The notes under the pieces are model-generated. The model saw nothing but the letters and a program-made list of their open reading frames with translations. It had not been told where the DNA came from and ran no database searches. Of a stretch of DNA of 64,000 nt, positions 57,064-64,000 are shown in pieces. The stretch covers positions 1 to 64,000 of the IMG/VR virus record IMGVR_UViG_3300046115_000153; one strand, 5' to 3'. The position numbers and the translations under genes are program-made. Within the stretch, counting starts at the first letter, position 1; every line of letters begins with the position of its first letter. This DNA comes from a virus.

Positions 57064-60000
57064 TAGACGATCTCCCACACTAGGTCTGTCACCACGTCGT
57101 AGTCGTGCTCGGACGGGTCGGGGCGGTCGACTTCGACGGCGGTCACTTCGACCAGCCGCAGCGGCGTGTCCAGCCGGACGACCGAGATTTTCAGCACGGT
57201 GCGGCGTTCGCCGCCGAGCCGGACGTACCACTGCTCGCCGAAGTCGGACTGGAACAGCAGCGGCCCGCCTGACCTGCGCAGTTCTTCGAACTGCCGGTAC
57301 GACCCGGCCGTCTTGAAGACCAACGGCAGCGAGAACTCCTCGCCTTTCACCACGTCGGAGACGACGACGGCGTGCTCCCGGCCGAGGGTGTCGTGCACCT
57401 GCTGCGGCTGCCGGGACGAGGACTCGAGGTCGCCGCCGACCGTCACCGCGAGCAGGCGTGCCGGTACCAGCGGGTCGCGCAGCCAGAACCCGTCGGCGGG
57501 CAATGTCGCCGTGGCTTCGTCGGACGGCACGGACACGACGACAGCGCCGCCTTCGGCGTCCACGTCGTAGTCGACGGCCGCGGTGGACGCCCGGTAGGTG
57601 CGGGCGGCGCCGGGCGGGGTTTCGTAGTCGTGGACGGCGACCGTCCGGTCGTCGCCGTAGGCGGCCCCGGTGGTGCCCCGCACCTGCTCCCACGTCTGCC
57701 CGCCGTCGTCGGTGTACTCGGCGAGTGCGTACCCGTCGGCGGCCGGGCCGGGTTGGAACACTTCCGGCGCGGCAGTGCCCCGCACGACGTGCACGCGGGT
57801 GATCGCCCCCGCCCCGGATTGGACGGCGCTGGTGGCGAGCGCGGCCTGCACGTGGGCTGTCCCGGCGGGTGCGCGCATGGTGTGCGCGGAGTCGGCCCAC
57901 GCCACGCCGGGGTCGGGCAGCACGTCGGCGGCGAACGACTGGGCGAGTTCCCCGTCGGAACTGTCGGTGAACCGCAGGCCGACGCGGAGCAGGCTGACGT
58001 CGGCGTCGATCCGCCACAGCCACGCCCGGACCGCGTAGTCCGAGCCGGCTTCGGCGGGCTTGCCCGGCCCGTAGGCGAACACGGCGGACGGCACGCCGGA
58101 GCTGCCGTCCCACGACAGTTCGAGGGCGGCACCGGAGGGGGGTACAACGTAGGCGGCGCGTGCCACGGTGGCGTCGTCGCCGGCCGTCCACCCGGCGACC
58201 CCGGCGGCGGACTCCTCGAACGTGGATTCGTTGGGACCGTACAGGTTGGTGACGGTGAGCCCGCCCCGCGACCACGGCCGGTCGTGGCCGGGCATCAGGG
58301 CGAGCTTGTCCCAGACGAACGTCTCGCCCGCCCCGGTGGGGAACGAGACGAGAACCGTTTTCGCTATCGCCGCGTCGGCGGGCACCGTCAGGTTGCGGGT
58401 GCTGCCGGTGAGGCTGCCGTCGGTGGCGGTGGTGAACGGCGTCCCGAACGCGTGCCGCGACAGGTCGTCGACGGTCAGGTGGTCGAACGTCCACGTGCGG
58501 GCGACCGCGTCGGCACCGTTCTGCGCGGTCAGCGACACCCGGCCGGCGGTGAACAGCCCGTTCTCGCCGGCCCACCCCCATTTGGCGGGCTCCTGCAGCG
58601 AGGCGTCCCACGCCTTGAGCGCGAGTGTCGTCCCGTGGGCCCGGAGCCGCACCCACACGCCCTGCGCGGGGATCGTCAAGCTGACCGTGGCGAGCACGGT
58701 GGACGACCCGTCCTGCACCCGCAGGTACACGGCGCCGCCGTCGGGGCTGACCTCAGCCCAGTAGCCGGCGTTCGGATGGGACGGGTTCGGTCCGTTCCAC
58801 GTGCCGTCCGTGCGGACGCACACGTTGGCGCGCATCTCCGCCGACGTGGACGACGGCCGGCACAGGACGACGACTTCGCAGTCGTCCTGCGAGGCCATCC
58901 CGCTCGCGTACATGCGGGCCGGGGTGGAGTAGGCGACCGCGCCGGTGACGAGCCGGCCGGCGTTGCTCTGGATGCTGTCGGTGGCCGCCCCGGCGTGGCT
59001 GGACGTCCACTTCCCGGTGTCCCACGGCGCGCCGTCGGTGCCGGTGAAGTCGTCGTCGAAGACCAGTTCGACCAGCGGGTCTCCGCCGGTGCCGTGCCAT
59101 TCGACGTCGGCCCGGCAGGGCCGTGCGGCGTCGGCGGCCTGCCAGGAGGACGCGGTCAGCGTCAGCGGGTCGCCGGGGTTGACCGGGGTGCCCCAGCCGT
59201 ACCGGCCGCCGGTGAACGCCCGGCCCTGCCGGGCCGCGGTGGCGGTCATCTCCAACAGCTGTGACCCGGACGACGCCCCGGACACGACGGGTGCCAGGTC
59301 CCCCGCCTGGAACGTGTCGACGCGGCTGATCGAGTTGGCGTTGTACATGCCGAGGCCGACGCGGGTGCCGGTGGTGATCTGCGTGTCCGTCCACTGGCCG
59401 AGCAGCACGCCGTTCAGGTAGACGGAGATCGTCGACCCGGAGATTTCGCCGCGCCAGGTGGCGGGCAGGGTGAGCGTGGTGGGCAGGCTGCGGAAGCCGC
59501 TGACCGCGTGGCCGACCCCTGCTATCGCCTTCCACACGGCGAACCTGTTGAACTGCTGGTTCAACTCGACGACGTAACCGGTGTAGGCCGCCGAACTCAT
59601 GCGGAGGACGACGTGCGCCGACCGGTCGGCGCTGGTGCTCAACGTGTTGACGACGACTTGCGCGTAGTGGTCGGAGCTGGGCAGGTCGCTGTCGGTGCGG
59701 ATCGTCGGCGGGAGGATCAGTTCGGTGTTGGAGCTGGTCAGCTGGTTGGTGGCGACGGCGAACGCCCCGGCGACCACCGTCCAGGCGATGTCGGTGTTGG
59801 CGGCCGACAGCGCGCCGTCCGCCCCGGTGAACGTCTCGTCGAGGGTGGTGACGGTCGGCAGGGTGGAGCTGATGCTGTCCAGCACGGTGTTGTCGTCGGC
59901 GTACCAGCCGTCGCCCTCGCCGGCCGCCGCCGCCGTGGACGCCTGCCCGACGGCGAGCAGGTTGTCCCGTTGGACGACGGTGAGCGTGTTGCGCCGGGCG

Positions 60001-60848
60001 GCCGTGTCGCTGGCCACCGTCAGCGTGGGGGTGGCCGGCAGGTCGCCGCCCATGACGAAGTCGGCGCTGGCCCACGGGCCGTAGCGGCCGCCCGACCCGG
60101 CGTCGGCCACCCGGACGTACACGTGGTAGTCGCCGGGTGGCAGCGGCACGCCGACGGCCACCGACTGGGCGGAGGTGAGGACGGACCCGGAGTCCCAGAA
60201 CGCGCTGGACGTGTCCGGTCCGAAGCCGGCGGCGGCGTGCTGCGCGGCGGTGAAAACCTTGGCTTGGACCCGTTCGAGGCTGGCGCCCTCGGTGTCGTTG
60301 TAGGAGAACTCGACGGCCGGTACCTGGGTGCCGGTGACGGTGCCGACGGGGGCGGTGACCACGCAGGTGGGTGCCTGGTCGTAGACGACGTCGGCGTACA
60401 CCTCGTAGACGCGGACGTTGGTGTCGTTGGCCGCGACGACGACCTGCAGGTTGGGTACGACGACGCTGTTGTCCCAGGCCGCGCCGCCGGGGGCGGTGAC
60501 CATCGACCCGTAGGCTTTCGTCGCGATCGTGCTGGTCGGCTTCTCGCCGGCGGACAGGACGAGCGACTGGTAGCCGCCGGTGCGGGGCAGGTACTGGATG
60601 CCGACGTCGAGCCGGGCCGAGCTGTTGCCCCGGCGGCGGACGCGTACGGACACCGACCGGATCTGGGCGTAGGCGGGGAGGGTGAGCGGGCCGAGGTCGA
60701 AGACGAGCAGCCACGCCCCGGCCGCACCCTGGACGTAGGTGGCGTCGTCGGTCGGGTCGTCGTCGGTGGCACCGTGCGCGGACGCCCCGACGACCGTCCA
60801 GCCGGAGTTGTAGAACGTGCCGTTCGGGCGCAACGTCGCGGTGGCCAT
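57063..60848 (-). CDS. very large minor tail protein: N-terminal carbohydrate-binding/LamG-like modules fused to a C-terminal distal-tail (Dit)-like domain (1261 aa)
   Basis: ATG 60848 overlaps the tape-measure stop (ATGA), an inner start of ORF 57063..62468. C-terminus FWLRDPL...FSLPLVF...WYVRLGGERRT. Confidence 0.7.
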   Translation of the reverse strand: MATATLRPNGTFYNSGWTVVGASAHGATDDDPTDDATYVQGAAGAWLLVFDLGPLTLPAYAQIRSVSVRVRRRGNSSARLDVGIQYLPRTGGYQSLVLSAGEKPTSTIATKAYGSMVTAPGGAAWDNSVVVPNLQVVVAANDTNVRVYEVYADVVYDQAPTCVVTAPVGTVTGTQVPAVEFSYNDTEGASLERVQAKVFTAAQHAAAGFGPDTSSAFWDSGSVLTSAQSVAVGVPLPPGDYHVYVRVADAGSGGRYGPWASADFVMGGDLPATPTLTVASDTAARRNTLTVVQRDNLLAVGQASTAAAAGEGDGWYADDNTVLDSISSTLPTVTTLDETFTGADGALSAANTDIAWTVVAGAFAVATNQLTSSNTELILPPTIRTDSDLPSSDHYAQVVVNTLSTSADRSAHVVLRMSSAAYTGYVVELNQQFNRFAVWKAIAGVGHAVSGFRSLPTTLTLPATWRGEISGSTISVYLNGVLLGQWTDTQITTGTRVGLGMYNANSISRVDTFQAGDLAPVVSGASSGSQLLEMTATAARQGRAFTGGRYGWGTPVNPGDPLTLTASSWQAADAARPCRADVEWHGTGGDPLVELVFDDDFTGTDGAPWDTGKWTSSHAGAATDSIQSNAGRLVTGAVAYSTPARMYASGMASQDDCEVVVLCRPSSTSAEMRANVCVRTDGTWNGPNPSHPNAGYWAEVSPDGGAVYLRVQDGSSTVLATVSLTIPAQGVWVRLRAHGTTLALKAWDASLQEPAKWGWAGENGLFTAGRVSLTAQNGADAVARTWTFDHLTVDDLSRHAFGTPFTTATDGSLTGSTRNLTVPADAAIAKTVLVSFPTGAGETFVWDKLALMPGHDRPWSRGGLTVTNLYGPNESTFEESAAGVAGWTAGDDATVARAAYVVPPSGAALELSWDGSSGVPSAVFAYGPGKPAEAGSDYAVRAWLWRIDADVSLLRVGLRFTDSSDGELAQSFAADVLPDPGVAWADSAHTMRAPAGTAHVQAALATSAVQSGAGAITRVHVVRGTAAPEVFQPGPAADGYALAEYTDDGGQTWEQVRGTTGAAYGDDRTVAVHDYETPPGAARTYRASTAAVDYDVDAEGGAVVVSVPSDEATATLPADGFWLRDPLVPARLLAVTVGGDLESSSRQPQQVHDTLGREHAVVVSDVVKGEEFSLPLVFKTAGSYRQFEELRRSGGPLLFQSDFGEQWYVRLGGERRTVLKISVVRLDTPLRLVEVTAVEVDRPDPSEHDYDVVTDLVWEIV

Positions 60849-63800
60849 CAGCGCCGCCCGGTCCCGCTGCGAATGAGCCGTACGACGTCGGACAGCGCGC
60901 CGTCGACCTCGGTGCGGACGACCCGCCCGATGACCTGCGCGTCGGGGCCCGCGCCGTTGACGGTGACAGTGGTGTCGCCGATGTCGACGTTGATGACCGA
61001 GACCGCCGTGAACGGCGTGTAGTTCGCCGGCCGCACCATGCCACCAGTCGCGAAGCCGGGCACCGGGCCGCCCGCCGCGAAACGCGGTACGACGTCGGCC
61101 AGCCCGGCGTTGAGCAGCGCCATCCTGTACGGCCCTTGTTTGGCGGCAGCCTGCGCGCGGATCACCCATTCCCCGGCGGACAGCGCGGCGAGGATCGAGT
61201 CGGAGGTGGAGGTGCCCGGCCCGGTGACCATGCCGCCGCGCGCGAACCCGCTGCCCGCCGGAGGCGCCCCGGTCGTCACGTACGCGGTCGTGATGGTCGT
61301 GGTGATGCTGGTCGGAACCGAGTTCAGCGAACCGATGTAGGTGTCGACAGAGCCCTGCGCCTCGGCGAGGCCGGGAGTCGTGAACTCGGTCTGCACAAGC
61401 GGGACGACCTGCGCGGACGTGTCGATGTAGAACTGCACGGCGGTGGTCGTCTCGGTGACGGCCCCCGTCGTCTCGACGAGGTCGGCGGTCGCCTGGTCGA
61501 GGGTGGCCGAGTAGGCGGTCGTCGACTCGCTGGCGGTGTCGGTGGCCGCCGTCAAAGTGGGGAGCTGGACGCCGGAGGCGAGGTCCCACTGGGTGCCGAG
61601 CAGCGTCAGCCCGGCGAGGTGCTCGGCCTCGGTGAGCGTCGACTCCTGGGTGGCCAGCGTCTGGGTCTGCGTGCCGACCAGCACGGCGGGCATCCGCTCG
61701 CCGACGTTCAGATCTGTCTCCACCCCGATCAGCTGCATGCCGAGGAGCCGTTCGGTGTTGGCGAGGGTCTCCTCCTGCGTCGCCAGCGTCTGCGTCTGGG
61801 TGGCGAGGAGGGTCAGCGGGTAGCGCTCGGTGTTGTTCAGGTCGGCTTCCGCGCCGATCAGCAGCTGCCCGGCGAGGTTCTCCGTGTCGGCGAGGGTGCC
61901 TTCCTGGGTGGCGAGTGTCTGCGTCTGGGTGCTCAGCAGGGTGAGTGGGGAACGCTCGACGTTGTTGAGGTCCGTTTCGACACCGAGCAGCTGCAGGCCC
62001 AGCAGGTTCTCGGTGTTGGCCACCGTGTTCTCGCCGGTGGCCAGGGTCTGCGTGTCGGCGGCCAGCGTCGCCAAGCCCAGGTCGGCGGTGGCCCCGGTCA
62101 GGGTTTCCCGGTACAGGCCGGTGGTCTGGTCGGCGAGGCCGGTGGTGGTGGCGAGGTAGCCGGTGCTGCGGTCGGCTTCCCACAGCCGGGGCACGACGTC
62201 GCGTAGGGCGTCGGTGGTCTGGTCGACGCCGGCGGCGGTCTGGCTGTAGACCTCGGCGAGCGTCTGCCCGCCCTGCTCGACGAGCTGGATCGCGCCGGTG
62301 GCCCCGGTGGCGGTGCTGCCGGCGGTCCCGGTGGCGGGGCCGCCGACGGCGAGGCCTCGCACAGGGCCACCGGCCGCCATGCGCGGGACGACCAGCGCCC
62401 GGCCTTCGTTGAGCGCGGCCATGGCTCGCGGCCCGTAGCGGCGAGCGGCGTCGGCGCTGATCACCCATTCGCCGTTGCTGGCCATGATTGGTACCTGGTC
62501 GGAGGTCGGCCCGCCCGGTCCTGTCACCTGCCCGCCGGTGGCGTAGTGCGTCGAGGCCGGCGAACCGGGCGACGTCCGGTTGATGTACTCCCGTTCGATG
62601 TTCTGCCGGATGGTGATGTCGATGTTCCGGGGCATCAACGCGAGCTGGCGGCGCAGCTCGGAGACGCTGGCGTTGGCGATGTCCAGGCCGGGTGTGGTCA
62701 CCGGCACTTCGATGCTGTCGGGCACCAGGTTCATCTCGCCGATGAGCGCCCGGATGTCACCCTCGGAGATCCCCGCCTGCGCACCGAAGTTGAGCAGGTC
62801 GGTGACCCCGGCGGCGATCGTGTCGTTGTACGCCTCGGCCGCCGCGTCGGCGCCCTCCGTGGCGACCGTCGCGTTGTACTGCGCCTGCGCGTCCTTCTCC
62901 AGCTGCTGGACCAGGCCGAGCAGCATGTTCTGGTTCCGCAGGCCCGCCTCGCTCGACGTGTCGAGCGACGTCGACAGGTTGCCGTTGGCGTCGCGGGCGA
63001 GGGACGCCCGCGACGCCAGTTCGATCATCGAAAGCTGCCAGTTGTTCGCCGACATCGCCCCCGACACCAGCCGGCCGGTGAGCAGGTCGAACGTCGTGGT
63101 CAGGCCCGCCAGCGCCTCGTCGGCCGCCTTCACGTCGAACGTCAGCAGGTTCATCTGCTGCTGCGTGCCCAACGTCGCCGGGGCGGCCTCTAGCATCGCG
63201 CCGATCGCCAGCCGCATTTTCGTTTCCAGGCCTGCGGACCCGTCCGCCGCGTCTTGCAGCCCGGTGGTCAGGTCCAACCCGAACCGCTGCGCCAGCGTCT
63301 GGACCTGGGCGCCGGTCAGGCCGAAAATCTCGGCCAACGCGTTGGTGTGCGACTGCATGGTCGCGTTCTGGGCGTTGACCTGCTCGACGGCGTAGTCGTA
63401 GGCGGCCAGCCCCAGCACTGTCTGGTGGATAGCGTCGATGCCGCCCTGGTTCGCGGCGGTGGCCCGCTGGTTGGCCGCCGCCATCTCGTCCAACTTGACC
63501 CGGGCGGCGTCGTACGACGCCGGGACGCTCGGGTCGATCGCGCCCAGGATCTCCCCGACCTGCGACTCCAGCGCGGCCACCCGGGCGGCCGCCTTTTCGA
63601 CGTCGTCGAACGCGGAGACGACCGCGTAGATGCTGCCGGTGGCGACAGCGGCGGCTGCCCCGAACACCAGCATGCCCCGGGCCAGGCTGCCGTTCCCGAA
63701 CGTCCTGGTGATCGTCGCGGCGGCCATCACGACGGCGTCGGTCAACCTCGTGACCCCCGCCGCCGCCGCGCCGCCCGCCGCCGCACCCAGCGCGGCGAGG

Positions 63801-64000
63801 CCGCCGACGATGCCGGTGATGTTCAGCGTGGCGTAGGCCGCGACCAGCGTGATCACGGCCATGCGGTTGTCGGCGAGGAACCCGGTCGTCGTCGACAGCG
63901 CCGTCGCCAGGGCGTTGAAACCGGCGACCGCCGCACCGACACCCAGCCTGGCGAGGCCGGCGGCGATGTCGTCCAGGTGGAGGTCCTGGGCGATGTCGAC
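60848..64000 (-). CDS. tail tape measure protein, N-terminus beyond the right edge (more than 1050 aa)
   Basis: ORF 60848..63862, and the same frame stays open to base 64000. TM-rich N-region and coiled segments. Duplicated GEWVI.A.AA...LN.G...VVPR.AAGGPV.G.A.GG motif. Confidence 0.85.
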   Translation of the reverse strand, partial: VDIAQDLHLDDIAAGLARLGVGAAVAGFNALATALSTTTGFLADNRMAVITLVAAYATLNITGIVGGLAALGAAAGGAAAAGVTRLTDAVVMAAATITRTFGNGSLARGMLVFGAAAAVATGSIYAVVSAFDDVEKAAARVAALESQVGEILGAIDPSVPASYDAARVKLDEMAAANQRATAANQGGIDAIHQTVLGLAAYDYAVEQVNAQNATMQSHTNALAEIFGLTGAQVQTLAQRFGLDLTTGLQDAADGSAGLETKMRLAIGAMLEAAPATLGTQQQMNLLTFDVKAADEALAGLTTTFDLLTGRLVSGAMSANNWQLSMIELASRASLARDANGNLSTSLDTSSEAGLRNQNMLLGLVQQLEKDAQAQYNATVATEGADAAAEAYNDTIAAGVTDLLNFGAQAGISEGDIRALIGEMNLVPDSIEVPVTTPGLDIANASVSELRRQLALMPRNIDITIRQNIEREYINRTSPGSPASTHYATGGQVTGPGGPTSDQVPIMASNGEWVISADAARRYGPRAMAALNEGRALVVPRMAAGGPVRGLAVGGPATGTAGSTATGATGAIQLVEQGGQTLAEVYSQTAAGVDQTTDALRDVVPRLWEADRSTGYLATTTGLADQTTGLYRETLTGATADLGLATLAADTQTLATGENTVANTENLLGLQLLGVETDLNNVERSPLTLLSTQTQTLATQEGTLADTENLAGQLLIGAEADLNNTERYPLTLLATQTQTLATQEETLANTERLLGMQLIGVETDLNVGERMPAVLVGTQTQTLATQESTLTEAEHLAGLTLLGTQWDLASGVQLPTLTAATDTASESTTAYSATLDQATADLVETTGAVTETTTAVQFYIDTSAQVVPLVQTEFTTPGLAEAQGSVDTYIGSLNSVPTSITTTITTAYVTTGAPPAGSGFARGGMVTGPGTSTSDSILAALSAGEWVIRAQAAAKQGPYRMALLNAGLADVVPRFAAGGPVPGFATGGMVRPANYTPFTAVSVINVDIGDTTVTVNGAGPDAQVIGRVVRTEVDGALSDVVRLIRSGTGRR
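61547..62065. repeat. four tandem 129-bp (43-aa) repeats inside the tape measure gene
   Basis: TQTQTLATQE recurs at residues 645, 688 and 731 of the track ORF, with a diverged copy at 602-611. The period is exactly 43 aa. Confidence 0.75.

Larger units (their letters stand above)
1..64000. mobile_element. temperate siphovirus-like actinophage / prophage (or phage-plasmid) genome segment; both window edges lie inside phage genes
   Basis: Tape measure, tail, GH25 endolysin/holin, tyrosine integrase plus tRNA-derived att core, Cro/CI-like switch, Erf/YqaJ recombination, replication and methylase genes, and a terminase-small-like gene. More than 60 ATGA/GTGA coupled gene junctions. Confidence 0.85.

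Overview
The window is high-GC (about 70%) actinobacterial DNA. From end to end it reads as one temperate siphovirus-like phage, prophage or phage-plasmid segment, and both window edges fall inside phage genes.

Layout on the minus strand, from right to left:
- Tape measure (cut by the right edge), very large minor-tail proteins and a GH26-like hydrolase.
- A lysis cassette with a GH25 endolysin and a holin.
- A 45-nt tRNA-Val 3' fragment that looks like an att core.
- A tyrosine integrase and a Cro/CI-like switch.
- An early operon: two DnaQ-like exonucleases, YqaJ exonuclease, Erf annealase, many small proteins and WhiB.
- A moron-like island: two small paralogues, tRNA-Trp, two lipoproteins and a HutC/GntR regulator.
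- Xis-like HTH, Bro-N and Nudix genes.
- A replication and DNA-modification block: DnaN clamp, Gp37/Gp68 with an in-frame HNH insertion, N6 and C5 methyltransferases, a SLOG protein, an SF2 helicase and a DnaB_N/DUF3987 protein.
- An AT-rich, ori-like region.
- An actinomycete plasmid/AICE-style transfer module: DUF2637, a Spd-like protein, TraB/FtsK and clt-like repeats.

At the left end, a 12.4-kb block of about 45 tiny, translationally coupled orphan genes (1021..13387) runs the opposite way. It abuts a terminase-small-like gene.

The most unusual signals:
- The TraB-type conjugation module sits inside a tailed-phage genome.
- A GTGGACACCA motif lies upstream of six genes in scattered modules.
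- A 12-bp palindrome array sits next to traB.
- The att core lies between the integrase and the lysis genes.

Limits: all functional calls come from motifs I recognise by eye, and no database search was possible. Inner start codons were placed by codon arithmetic against the supplied ORF track, GC3 periodicity, ATGA/GTGA coupling and RBS-like purine runs.
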